A stretch of DNA of 40,173 bases from Elsinoe ampelina (taxonomy: Eukaryota). This document shows positions 1 to 11,338 of the stretch, piece after piece. The notes under the pieces were generated by a model that had not been told where the DNA came from, did no database searches, and saw only the letters and a list, made by a program, of their open reading frames with translations. Within the stretch, counting starts at the first letter, position 1; each line of letters begins with the position of its first letter. The stretch is from NCBI GenBank assembly GCA_010093995.1, contig ML992539.1, positions 1-40,173 of the forward strand. The letters run 5' to 3'. A program made the translations under genes and the position numbers.

Positions 1-537
1 CCTCCACCTCCACCTCCCCCCCCCCCCCCCCCCCCTCCTCTCCCCCTCCTCCATCCGTCCCTCCCACGCCCTCCTCCCCTCCTCCTCCCTCTCCACCCAC
101 ACCCCCGCTGCCCTCCCCGGCGCCTCCCGCCTCAAATTCGCCAACGTCAACGTCAACTCCTCAATCTCGCTCGCGACAGCCTGCACCCTCCTCGCGAGCC
201 GGTGGTCAAACGCCTCCGTCTCTTGACCGACACCCACGCCACCCTGCCCCTCGCCATTCGCGTCGCCGAGGAGACGCGCCATGTCGTCCCCTTCGAGGCC
301 GTTGATGGAGATGTTGCCCTTGACTCCCGTGAAGGTGCGGGTGAGGAAGGATTGGACTTCTTCTTCGACGAGGCGGCGCATGGGGTCCGGGGTGGTCGGG
401 GAGGGGGCGAGAGGGTCGGGTGGGGCGGGGGGGAAGTGCAGGTCGATTTTTTGGCGGGCGAGGAGGGAGGCGCTGGAGATGAGGTGTTGGAGGTCCGAGG
501 GGGATTGGAGCTCGATTTTGCGGTGGGTTGTGTCCAT
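1..537 (-). CDS. MIS14: Kinetochore Mis12-complex subunit Mis14/Nsl1 (3' end runs off window)
   Basis: Absent from the ORF track because it has no stop in the window. ATG at 537 reads MDTTHRKIELQSPSDLQHLISSASLLARQKIDLHFPP...DPMRRLVEEEVQSFLTRTF...NISINGLEG...EAFDHRLARRVQAVASEIEELTLTLANLRREAP. This matches the fungal Mis14-like pattern (HRKIELQSP..DL, KIDLHFPP, SING, LRREAP). Confidence 0.85.
   Translation of the reverse strand, partial: MDTTHRKIELQSPSDLQHLISSASLLARQKIDLHFPPAPPDPLAPSPTTPDPMRRLVEEEVQSFLTRTFTGVKGNISINGLEGDDMARLLGDANGEGQGGVGVGQETEAFDHRLARRVQAVASEIEELTLTLANLRREAPGRAAGVWVEREEEGRRAWEGRMEEGERRGGGGGGRWRWR
16..35. repeat. Homopolymer C20 (G20 on the coding strand of Mis14)
   Basis: 20 consecutive C at 16-35, read directly. 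Confidence 0.95.
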
Positions 538-1126
538 TTCGGAATGCGTTGTAGGATTGAAGACTTGGGAGCGGCGAGGAGCTGGTATGCTGGTGATATT
601 CAGTTATTGCATGATGTGATTGAAGAGAGACTGGTTCTTGTGGTGCTGGCGTGAAGTTGGTGGACGTGCAGGACGTGTTTTGTTTAGACGCGGATCAAGC
701 CCGCCCGCCGCGGCTCCCGGGAGTGGTAGGGCTGAGCTAAAGTCGGCCGTCATGCGGGGTAGCGTTATCGGGACCTTGATGCTGGGGGCCCTCTTATCTC
801 ATAGACGGGCGGAATACGAGCATGAGCAAGTTCTGTCAAGCGCAATCAAGATGCGATCAAGTAGTACGGCCAGAGCTGTGCACCTTGTCAAGTTCTCAAG
901 TATCAAATTCAAAGTGGAGTATCTGTGCTATCCCATTGCCAATTGGTCCCCTCTGGAAGGCCGCCCTCCACACCATGTGTATGACCCACCGTACGCCATG
1001 ATCTCTCTGAGCTTGCGTAGAGAGCTTCGAGATTGTGCCATTAGAATCAATGTGAATCGGAAAGAAATCGTGCCATTGTGGAGTTCGGGAGTCGTGTTGT
1101 GTCATGTACATGTCGGCTGTGCCTCA

Positions 1127-1772
1127 TCACTTGGGAAGCAGAGCTTCGGCCTCTTCGTCGGTGAGAATAATGTCTTTGACCGGGTCTGGCTTGAGCTCCA
1201 AGTCCGAGGAGTCGTAGTCAATGTACGAAGGGAGGAAGATGTCTGGTCAGTGTCAGTATGCCCAACTTGCTCGAGGGTAGTGCTGCATACCCTGGTTCCA
1301 GTCGAAGCCCTGGGATGATTTGACGCAAGTTACCTACATAGAAATCAGGATCTGAGCATTTGAGTACCTGTATTGACTACTTACCAGCCTTGGAGGACCG
1401 TCTGGACCAGCCACGTTGACGACGGTGTACTCGGAGTGTGATAGGGAGGTGCCTTTGTCTCGTTAGCGACCAGTCGACCGGGATACTGGTTATGTTCCAA
1501 GACCACATACCCAGCAGTGAAGGCCTCCTTGTCCAATCCCTACTCTTCTTGCTTTCGCTCGACGACGCCATAGGCGGTGACGGAGCTGCCATACTCGGAG
1601 AAGCCGCCGACGGTGTGCGTGGAGAGTGAGCAGCTGAATAGCTCGCAAATGATGACGAAGCTGAATCTGAACTTGATGCCGCAGCAGATGAAGACGATGA
1701 TGCAATGCTGCTGCCGCCGTAGCTGCTATTGCGTGGACGTCGGCGTTTGGGGATTGCTATGGAGGATGACAT
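1127..1772 (-). CDS. Small conserved fungal hypothetical protein, 4 exons (~162 aa, Ser-rich N-terminus)
   Basis: Exons 1772-1511, 1452-1385, 1333-1291, 1242-1127. Introns GTATGT..AAG, GTAAGT..TAG, GTATGC..CAG, with GCTAAC/CTGAT/CTGAC branch sites. Spliced frame: ...RRPSLLGTSLSHSEYTVVNVAGPDGPPRLVTCVKSSQGFDWNQDIFLPSYIDYDSSDLELKPDPVKDIILTDEEAEALLPK*. I recall this pattern from uncharacterised Pezizomycotina proteins. Confidence 0.85.
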
Positions 1773-2412
1773 GGTCGGAAGTTAACGCCGAGGGAAGCCG
1801 AGCAGATGAATGGTCGATCGCAGCATGTGAAAGCTAGACAAAGGATATGTTACTCTGACAGTCCTGGAGAAGAGCAAATAGAGCAAGAGGTGAGAGTGGC
1901 TAATTGCAGTCGAGAATACCTGAGAACGACAGGTTGTCCATCTAGGTTCGGAAGATAGGCAAATGGCAGCAGATGACATGATGGGGAACCCCGAGTCACG
2001 TTCCCCAATTCAAGGTTTCATGACTCAGGGCACGCATCCATACAAGATACCGAAAAGGGAAGCGATTTGCCGATCTTCTGACTTCCACGACATGAGAGCA
2101 GCGTAGAAAGACCCTTAGTTCTTGAATAATTCATGACATTACAATCGGAGTAAATTCTGCTCCACCACGCGGTTATCTGAAATACAATGAACATATACAA
2201 GGTCTTTCCCCTCCACAATGAAATTGGACAACCAGGGTATCTCAAATCCAACTTAGAATAGAAGGGTAGGGATAATTTGAAGATCGTCCGTCAAGTTTGG
2301 TACGTGCGGTAGTGTGCTGTGTCCAGTCTAGCTAGGGTCGTGGTCGTAAGAATGCTGCGTGAGTGTTATAGTACAGTTGGGAAGTCGTTTCTAAAGCTGG
2401 TTGACTGATGCT

Positions 2413-4963
2413 CTACCAGCCTCGTTTGCGGGCAAACTTCTTGTTCAAAAGGACCAGAAGTCGAGGGACATTCAAGGTGATGTAGTCGAGGTCTAGCTCG
2501 TCATTGCCATCCTTTTGCATTTCGAGAAGATCGTCGAGCTTGAGATCGAGCTCGAAGATGCCTCTGTTGCGGCCCTTGTACCAGAGCGAGATGATGAATG
2601 TGCCTGGACTCGGGCTGGTCATGTTGAAATATGTACCGCTCTTTCTGTTCTCGGGGATGTTGGAGCGGACAAGCACACCGTCCTTCTCAGCTTGAGCGTG
2701 GGTGAGTTTGTAAGGTCCAAGAACCTTTTGTGCTCCAGATCGTTTTCCCTGACTCTCAGCCTGACCACGGACGTTGTGCAGGTATGACTTGTAGGTCTCC
2801 AGTTGTCCGTTGAGATAATTGTTGTGGTCGATGATGGTAGAGTAGACTTCTTCAAGCTTTTGTGTCTCGATAACAACCTTGTCTTTAAGCGAACCGAGGT
2901 GGTGCAGCTCTTGCTCGACTTCATCACGAAGTGCGGCAAAACCGTCCGCCTTTTCGATCGCACCCATCTCTTGAAGCTGGTTGAGCAGTTCCATGGCTCT
3001 GATACCCTTTCGTACCATGACAGAGTCGTTCTTTGTTGTAGCAGCAGCTTCAGCGATTCTGTCGAGTCGGAGTGGTCTTCGAGTAACGACTGCATTCCTC
3101 GGCAAAGTTCTGAGGATCATGACGAAGGTTGACTTGGCCTCCATGAAGTAGACCTCCTCTTCTGTAATATCCAGAGCAGCAGTCAAATCATCGAGCGCAG
3201 TCTCCCATCTGCTGAATAGAGGAAGATTGATAGCGCGATTCTCCTTCCTTGGTAATTGAGATGGTGCGTGTCCAAGCTCTTGCAGCAATTGGTTCAAATG
3301 GGAACTCTCGTCTCTCGTGAGAATAGTCTGGTGTTTCTCGAGAAGTGCATGGATGGCGTAGACTTCGTTGAGAGAAATTGACAGTTCGAGATCCTTCTTC
3401 GACAATGCAACGTAATTGTCCATTTCCAGCGCCTCATAGAAATCCTGGACCTCACAGAGGTTGAGAAGAAATCGATTCATCCTCTCCTTGTTGTCGTAGA
3501 CGAATGATTGCAATGAGGACATGTACGGCTCTTTCGCATAGGACGGCTTGTTGGCAAGATTCTGCAACATCTTTGCGATCTGTGACTTGTCAGTTTGCAA
3601 TACAGCAGTATATCCGGGTCAATGTCACATACGTAAGTAAGAGTTCTCTTGGGATTCTCCGAAGGAAGTTGCTCAATGAGCATGTAGGATCTCGGCGTGA
3701 CAATGGCTGGGTTGAGGAAGCGAAGGAAGAAGAATCCACCAATCAGTGTACAGATAGTCGTATCGTGTGCGTCCGGATACTTTCTCCTCGATAGACTGCG
3801 AATTTGCTTGCATATCCACCGAATCCCATAGGGCACCTCGTCGATGTTTGTGATGATGGTGTCCAAAAATTGGTTGGCGAGTCTGGTCAATGTCTCGACT
3901 CTTGGCTGGATGACCTTCTGCACCTCTCTATTGGAAGCAGCTTGCTCGGCCGTGACGCCTTTAGGCAGATATGCAGGTAGAGGATTGCCACTGCCTTCAA
4001 TCTGGGCGACCATGTGCTCATAAACTTTGAGCGGATTGATCTCACAATCCAGATCCCGGACTGAGCAAAGCGAGTTGATCTCTTCGGAAAGGACTTTCTG
4101 CAGGTAACTCTGACCAGGACCGCGTCTCGTGTATGTGGTCATCATTCGGGATACAGGAGTGTTTGCGCGGAGAAGCGAAGAGTAGTCAGTCGTGTGGTCG
4201 AACTGATAGGTCAAAACAGACTGGTAAGGAAGTCAGTAAGGCTATCAAATTGAACATCAAAATACATACCTGAAACATGGTAAGAAGGAGATATTCTTCG
4301 CGACTGTCGTACTGGTTTCCGTAGATTGTGAACATGACTGTTTGTAGCAATTGATCAATCTCGGCCATGGTAACCAGTCTGCAAAGGTGTGCAATATGTC
4401 GAGGCTCTGACTGAAGCAAGAAGAGCAGATTGCCGTATCGTTGTGTCTTTTCGTCGTTTGGGAAAGACCCCTCTGCCAATTCCACTGCGTCGTCAAGTGT
4501 CTCTGCGACTTCATTGCGCTGTTCATCTGTCAGCGCGACCTCAAGACATCTCATGCGGATATACTTACCTCCTCCTGTGCCATACGATTCTGCACGAGCA
4601 GAGCAATTCTGGAGTCCAAGTATCGTACATCCTTCTCAAGCACGAAATTCTTCTTTGATTGGGATGAGATCTTAGTCTTGAGCTCCCGAAGGATTTTTTG
4701 AGCTGCGCGATACATCTTAGCAATCTGTCTCGTATTTGCTGTGATCGCAACTCACCTTTTGCAAGGTCATCCTCAATTTCTAAATCTCTCTGATTTGCAT
4801 TCATAGACAGATACAAAGCAGTAACGGAGTACCGCTTTGACTGTCTTGATTGTCTGGCGCCATCACGAGATACTCTTGTGTCATTGCGATTCAGCGCTGG
4901 TAGGTAGGAATTGGTTGAGGCGCTCGAGGTCCTCGAAGGCGCATGAAGCGCCGCGATCGACAT
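2413..4963 (-). CDS. gapA: Ras GTPase-activating protein (GapA/Gap1-Sar1 type, RasGAP + RasGAP_C), 5 exons, ~781 aa
   Basis: Exons 4963-4756, 4702-4569, 4518-4270, 4220-3633, 3579-2413 splice in frame. Arginine-finger LLRANT, RasGAP signature [16 protein letters not shown], and IQGAP-like C-terminus LDDLLEMQ...LNKKF. Confidence 0.95.
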
Positions 4964-6413
4964 CTTGTGTGGCTCTCAGAATGGTGTAGTGCCGTGCTCT
5001 TTCAATGGTCGTCGCACCTGTGCACAATGCACATGTGAGGGTGCGTTCCGGTGCTCAGACGGCACAGGGGTTTGCACGAAGCGCCGATAATGTCGGAAAG
5101 AGGTAATTGTAGTCTGAAAGCCGTCGGACTAAATCAAATTGGTTGTCTGCAACTAGGCGACTGGTATGGTATGGTCGGGTTCTGTCAAAGGAGGTTGCGA
5201 GGTACTTTGCTGTGGGAGAAGGTCCCAATCGGTAAGCGCAACGTGGGTTGCGAGCTTGGAAAGTCAAAAGAGCAGTAAAGGAAGGTGTGAACGTCGCAGG
5301 CGAAAGGTGAGAGCAGAGAGCAAACGGTTGGGTAGCCACGAGAAACGGGCGACTTGGAATGCTGCAGAGAATTGGCAGATGGACGAAGAAAGGAGAGAAG
5401 TGGTGGTGATAGTCGAGAGGGGCCTTGGGGATCTGAAACGACTCCTGCATGTACCCAAAGTGGCCAGAGCTCATCGGTTCTGTCTCACTGGTCGTGCTGG
5501 GTTCTGCTTCCCATTGGTCAGGATTTTACTTCATTGTTCCTGGGGGCTCTTTTTATTGATTCGATTACGGGAGTGCCTCTCTTGTCTATTTTGACGTGGA
5601 ACTCCCCTGTCACTCCTGCTCTTGCCTTTCCGGAATCAATTGCTGAGATCGAAGCATGAGGAATGTCATGCCCAAGTGGTATGGCAACCAACGGACATCC
5701 CGAGCACATGCCCAACAACTGCAAGATCGTTTCGTGACGACGCCGTTGCCCAGGTACACCAGGTTCCTGCGAGCTACTGAGGAAGCGGGGATGCCGGGCA
5801 ATTTTGTAGCTCTCCCATTGTAAGACCTGCGTGAGCTTGTAGCAAAGCCATGGCAGTCTTTGACGACATCCAGGCACAATGGTCGGTCTTTGACCAAGCT
5901 GTGTAAGGTATCCCAAAGCAACAATTCGTGACAGGTTAGGGTGTGCAGCATCCGACTCGGGCAGGATTCTCCCTAGCTTCAACGGGTGGCCAATTTTGTA
6001 CAGCTTCCAAGACGGATCTTGCATGCTTTGTCCTTGCAACTGTTCGAGCGGCGAAATACGTTTTATTATTCTCTGTTATTGCACAACTCTGTAGATGTTC
6101 CTCTGCGATTGGCTTGAGATCTGTCTGCCAGCATCAGACGCCCGGGCGTCCGACAATATATTGGCATAGCGGCTTCAGCCCTATACTGTTACTTAAACTC
6201 AGATGAGCTATGACCACCATACTCTCGTGCCTGTTTGATCACCTTCGAGAACAATGTTGGTCGCTCCAAATAGATGAAGCTCATCTATGGCTGACGCAAG
6301 CTTTCCCGGGCCCCACTAGGACCACATCCGAGGTATGTATAAGTTACCGGCATGTAAAGGAAGAGAGACGACAATGATTTTCTGTATGTAAGGTCGAATC
6401 ATAGCTCATTCAT

Positions 6414-6997
6414 CTACAGAAGGCCGGCTTTCTTCTTCTCAGCGAATTCCTTCAATGGCCGAAGATGGAGAGGAATCTCCTGGCCCAACCAAGTTGCCCT
6501 CTGCGTATGATCCCGATAGTCGTCTCCAGTGTTTGGATGCACCAGAGCCGACAAGGGACCTCGGTGAATGACCAGCCATGCGATGAAAGCGCCAAATTGA
6601 ACAGGGGTAAAGACATTAACCTCGAACATCCCTATTGGATGAGGTCCAATTGGTTTGTCCCACACCTTGTATATCCTCAACTCTGGGAACTCTCGTCGTA
6701 TGCGTTCCCATAGCTCTGTGGCAAATTTCGTTTCATACTCGGAGTTTTGTTGGAAGTAGATATGGATGTCGAATCCACCACGTATGCCGTTCGTGATGGG
6801 TCCCACGAAGCTGGTATATGCCTCGCTCTGCTTAGCGGCTGGTGGATTCACGTATGATTTGCCATCATCGGCTAAGTCGCTGTAATTCTAATCAGCGTAG
6901 TCTTAGGCATTGATGTCTTGACACACCTTGGAAGAGGTTCCAGATTCTCGTAGCCCTGAAGAGGCGAATCATAGGTGTAGAGAAGTGGGTCGGCCAT
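6414..6997 (-). CDS. DOPA 4,5-dioxygenase family protein (fungal DODA type), 2 exons, ~178 aa
   Basis: Exon 1 6997-6927 (MADPLLYTYDSPLQGYENLEPLP), 47-nt intron GTGTGT..CAG, exon 2 6879-6414. Motifs FDIHIYF, PIGPHP..MFEV, LSALVHPNTG..RDH...ATWLG are typical of the DOPA_dioxygen family. Confidence 0.9.
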
Positions 6998-7359
6998 TGG
7001 ATATGTTTGTTGTTCTATTTGAGGGAGAAAGATGGCACTGTATTGTTAGACAATGTAGGACTTGTGAGTTGAATGATGTTTGAAGGGGAAAATAACATGC
7101 TCGAAATATACTTCCTTCTTGACCGGAACATTAAACGTAGCTTTTTACTTCTGCTGTTTCTAAGCAGCGCGGAATTGACGCGCCAGAGCTATTGTTGCAG
7201 CTCTCCTCGAAGCACCATGCGCTTCTATATTGGTAATCCGTGACTACATCGAAACCTGGACCACAGGCTATGAATACCCATGATGGCTCCGACAGAAGCA
7301 TGTAAGATGTTGGCCAAGGTAGAATGAGGGATACAGTGGACCAGTCCGTGGGAATCAAG

Positions 7360-7398
7360 TGACGTCAGTTTCGAGATTGTCGCGTGTGGGCGCGTCGC
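7360..7398. promoter_or_regulatory. CRE palindrome (TGACGTCA) plus clustered CGCG MCB/SCB-like elements upstream of SLD2
   Basis: TGACGTCA at 7360-7367. TCGCGT, GCGCGT and TCGCG cores at about 7380-7398, 70-110 bp before the SLD2 ATG. These fit G1/S MBF-type regulation of a replication gene. Confidence 0.5.
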
Positions 7399-7470
7399 GG
7401 CTAAATTGCTCTACTCACATTTCCGCCCCCACCACATCTTCACGTCTCTTCATACACTCTCGATATTTTT

Positions 7471-8981
7471 ATGTCTGATACGACACAAGCAGAGCTGAGG
7501 CAGCTCAAGTATGAGCTCAAATTATGGGAAAGATCATTTGCTTCCGCCAACGATGGGCGGAAGGCTACCAAGGCGGACATCAAAGCCGATACAGTTATAG
7601 GTACGCGTCTCAAGACAAGAAGTCTGGAAGTTGCTGATCATGTGCCACAGCCGCGAAGTACAGACAGTATAGTCAGCTTAGTCGACCAAAGGACCAGACT
7701 CGACACTCGCCCAGAAAGTCGCAGCATGTAGTGGGTGGTCAAACCGAAGAGCGCGTTGCAAAACAACAAATTGGCACACCTAGCAAATCTCGGATTATCT
7801 CCATGTCGCCCCGAAAGACGCCTGGTAATACGGAGAAGCATGCTGCTTTGTCGCCAACCCCTCAGGCTCTGCGTATGCGATTAGGTCCAACTCCTCAGAA
7901 AGACGGACAAATCCTCAGTTTGTTTGAAATGTCCTTCGGGGGTACACCCTCGAGACCTAGGACCGCTTTAGGCGACATGGACACAAACGTTGCTGCAACA
8001 CCAAGCAAGACCCAGACAGATTCTGGACTAGAGATTGAAGATACCGAAAATGCCAGGCCAAGTCGGACGCCAACCTCGAGTGGGAAGAGATACATGCTCG
8101 ATACCTTTGCTACGCCAATGAAGAGAAAGCGGGAGGAAATTGCTCATACCCCGTCTTCCAATCGAGAAGTGCACGCGACGCCACAGTTTCTTCGAAGGAC
8201 GAATGTGCTTTTCGGCTCGAAACTTGGTACCGTAGACGAAGGAGATGATAGCGTGGTCAACCGAGCCCAACCTCCTTTCAAGAAGCGCAGTCTGGCCAGA
8301 AGTCTCAGTAGCATCATTCGAGGACTGAAGGCGCAGGAAGACGACAAGGCTGACGAAGATCTGGATCTGTTGCGAGAACTCGAGGGAGACATGTTTGAGT
8401 CGGTCTCGAACGACAAGGTCCGGAGTGTTCCCGTGAAGGATAGAGACCCGCCGACAGAAAAAGTGCTAGAAACACAAGTTGAGATGCCACTCGGACCAGA
8501 TGCCTTGCCACTCAGCGATGAAGAGATCAACGACGTCGGTTCTTTAGATGCCAACGGTCAGCCACGCAAGGTCTGGAAGAAGAAGGGGCTGAAGAGGCAG
8601 ACCAAACGAGTGAAAAGTAAATATCAATCGCATTAAGGTGAAAGTCAATTGCTAACAACTTCAGTGCGACCACGACCTCAAGCAAAACCAGCCGCTGTCC
8701 ACACCACGGACCTGATGGAATTCAGCTCGGTGAAGGACGATCAATCGGAACATGAAGCCATGCCCGAAGGAAGCGACTCCGAATTCAGTGAATCTGAGGT
8801 GAAGCCAGTCAGCAAACCAACGAAGAAAGCCGGTCCGACGAGTGGTGGCAACGATGCGGAAACAGACAAGACGAAGAAGACCAAAAAGGTCAGCGCCACG
8901 GCACATGCCAACTTTTGCCGTCTGAAGATCAAGAACAAGAACTCCAAAGCCAACGGCCGTGGCCGCTTTGGCAGGAGGTGA
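7471..8981 (+). CDS. SLD2: DNA replication regulator Sld2/Drc1, 3 exons, ~470 aa
   Basis: Exons 7471-7600, 7651-8616, 8665-8981. N-terminal LKYELKLWERSFA..NDGRKATKADIK...AKYRQYSQL, central LGPTPQKDGQILSLFE, many S/T-P CDK sites, WKKKGLKRQTKRVKMRP, and C-terminal HANFCRLKIKNK..GRGRFGRR. Confidence 0.93.
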
Positions 8982-9208
8982 ATATATTCATCATGTCTAA
9001 TCATCAGCTTGCCATCTCTTCATGCACATGCCGTGCTTGCTTGCGGTGCCAATTGAGAGGCTGCCGGCCCGTCAGTCCTCGCCCTATGGCTGGATACGTG
9101 TTTGTTCCCCCGGCATTGCTGCACGTTTGACTTCTGCTCCCCATCGACTGGTGCGGTCGTTACGGGTTTTGCATTTTCATCTTCCAAACCCCAAAAGTCA
9201 CAACCCAC

Positions 9209-9723
9209 TCACTTCTTCTCCCCCTTCCCCTTCTTCGTCTTCTTCCGCTTACTCCTGTCCCTCTTCTTCAACGCCGTCATGCCCGCCTTACACGTCTCCG
9301 CATACCTCGTATAAAACGCCTCCAGATCATCCGGTTGCACCACGGTGCTCAGCCTGACCTTATCTCTATTCTTCTTCTTGCTCTCCTTGTCGATTGTACT
9401 TTTGCCATCTGTGGCTCGTATAATAATCGGGAGAGGGTTGGGTGGGTGCGTGTCCCAGAGTGGATCGTCGGCGACTTTGACCGGGTCGGGTTGCTCGAGT
9501 GTGTCATGGGAGACTGGGCGGTCAGTGATGGGAACATATAAGGGGGAAAGGGGATCGAACGTCGTTTTTGAGTCAGCCATACGCTGCCGTGGCCTTCTTG
9601 TGTGCGGGAGGAGAGGAGGGCGGAGAGCTTCGTGAAGAACTGGGATCGTCAGCCATTGAGGCGTCGCGTGGAAGTGTCGACATATAGGCTCACCTCATCG
9701 TGGCTCAAGTGGCCTTGCGCCAT
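9209..9723 (-). CDS. SRP14: Signal recognition particle 14 kDa subunit, 3 exons, ~137 aa
   Basis: Exons 9723-9694, 9639-9561, 9513-9209. Protein MAQGHLSHDEFFTKLSALLSSRTQEGHGSVWLTQKRL...IIIRATDGK...KVRLSTVVQPDDLEAFYTRYAETCKAGMTALKKRDRSKRKK carries the canonical SRP14 motifs. Confidence 0.95.
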
Positions 9724-10047
9724 TCTTGAGAGTGCTATGGAGGACAGGAGCGGGGCAGCGGTGGAGTGTGCGGCGGTGGTGGGAGGTGTGAAGTCAGTGG
9801 TTGGTTAGCGGGGCCAAGATTTCGCGGTGCGGTGGGGGTTCGAGGGCAAGTTTTGCCGACCATTTTTGACATTTCACCTCACAAGCTGCATTTTAGTCCT
9901 CCATCTCCTCCGGTGCCACTGAAATCTAGATATGGACATTTTCTCCGCCGTCGTTTACCAATCAATCAAGGCTAAGTACACTTTACGTAAGTACCTCCCT
10001 CCAGCGGTTACCCTCGCCATCCCACAGCCCGAGGACCCCTCTGCCCC

Positions 10048-10065
10048 GCTATCGGACCCCGCCGA
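10048..10065. promoter_or_regulatory. UaY/Ppr1-type Zn2Cys6 site TCGG-N6-CCGA with overlapping GATA (AreA-type) site
   Basis: TCGG(10052-10055)-ACCCCG-CCGA(10062-10065), about 120 bp upstream of the allantoicase ATG. CGATAG on the minus strand at 10049-10054. Confidence 0.7.
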
Positions 10066-10181
10066 CATCTGTTTGACATCGCGTGCCCCTACAACTCTAT
10101 TCCAGTCATCTTTTTTCCCATTCAACAATTGCTCTCCCAATCCTTCTCTCCCACCCTCACAACTCCTCCAGCACACCCACC

Positions 10182-11338
10182 ATGGCCATCCCCATCATTT
10201 CCTCAGAACCAATTCCCCCCTCCTCCACCGCCCCTATCTCCTCCCCAGTCCCCGTCCCAGTCGACCAAATCTCCACCGTCTTCGGCAGCGACAGCATCGG
10301 TAGCCCCCTCCCATCCCCACCCTCATCCACACCTCTCTAACTCCCATCTCAGACCTCATCTCCAAACCCCTCGGCTCCCGCATCCTCGGCTTCTCAGACG
10401 AATGGTTCGCCGAAGCCGCCAACCTCACCGTCCCCTCGGCCCCCGTCCACAAACCCGGCGTCTTCACCTACGCCGGGGCATGGTACGACGGATGGGAAAC
10501 GCGGCGGCACAACACCGAGCCCTTCGACTGGGTGGTATTCCGCCTCGGGGTCTCCTCCGGCAAGGTGAAAGGTGTAGAAATCGACACTGCGTTTTTCAAC
10601 GGGAACCACGCGCCGGAAGTGGTGGTGGAAGGGTGTTTCATCTCGGACGAGCAAGAGGGGGAGACGTTGAAGAAGGATTTCGCTGGGTGGGAGACGATTT
10701 TGGAGAAGCAGGAGTGTGGGCCGAGTCAAAGGCATGCGTGGTTGGTGAGGCAGGAGGAGGGGAGGCAGTATACCCATGTGAGGCTGTGTATGTTTCCCGA
10801 TGGAGGGATTGCGAGGTTTAGGTTGTATGGGACTGTGGTGCCGGTGTTGCCGCAGGATGTCGGGGAGGTGTTTGATTTGGCGGCGACGGTGAATGGGGGT
10901 GTGGCGGTCAAGTGCTCGGATCAGCATTTTGGGACGAAGGATAATTTGCTGTTGCCGGGGAGGGGAGTGGATATGGGGGATGGGTGGGAGACGAAAAGGA
11001 GTAGAGGGGTGCATGTTGATTGGGTGATTATCAAGTTGGGTCTGCCTGGGGTTATTGAGAAGGTGGTGGTGGACACGGCGCATTTTAGGGGCAACTTTCC
11101 ACAAAAGGTACAAGTGTTTGCTGCGAAGCCGACGGCGGACGGTAAAGTGCCAGAACATGAGGATCATGAAAAGTGGGTGCAGATCCTGGCGCCGAGTAAG
11201 ACTGGGCCGGATAAAGAGCATGAGTATGGCCAGGCGGAGTTGGTGGAGATCAAAGATACAACGTATGCATATGTCAAGCTGGTAATCATGCCCGATGGAG
11301 GCGTCAAGCGAATAAGAGTGTTTGGTAGACGCGGATAG
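10182..11338 (+). CDS. DAL2: Allantoicase, 2 exons, ~367 aa
   Basis: Exon 1 10182-10299, 53-nt intron GTAGCC..CTAAC..CAG, exon 2 10353-11338. Two allantoicase repeats: SDEWFAEAANL, YDGWETRRHN, IDTAFFNGNH, PDGGIARFRLYG, then SDQHFG, MGDGWETKRSR, VDTAHFRGNFP, PDGGVKRIRVFG. Confidence 0.96.

Noticed and set aside
202..1318. Plus-strand ORFs 202-654, 281-619 and 620-1318
   Set aside because: Antisense shadows of Mis14 and the 4-exon gene; no recognisable motifs.
1983..2006. Inverted repeat GGGGAAC-N10-GTTCCCC
   Set aside because: A 7-bp stem is expected by chance in 40 kb; no transposon ends or target-site duplication.
5000..6400. ORFs 5055-5474, 5518-6039 and others upstream of gapA
   Set aside because: No family motifs, codon pattern or splice structure; more likely a long promoter and pyrimidine-rich 5' leader.
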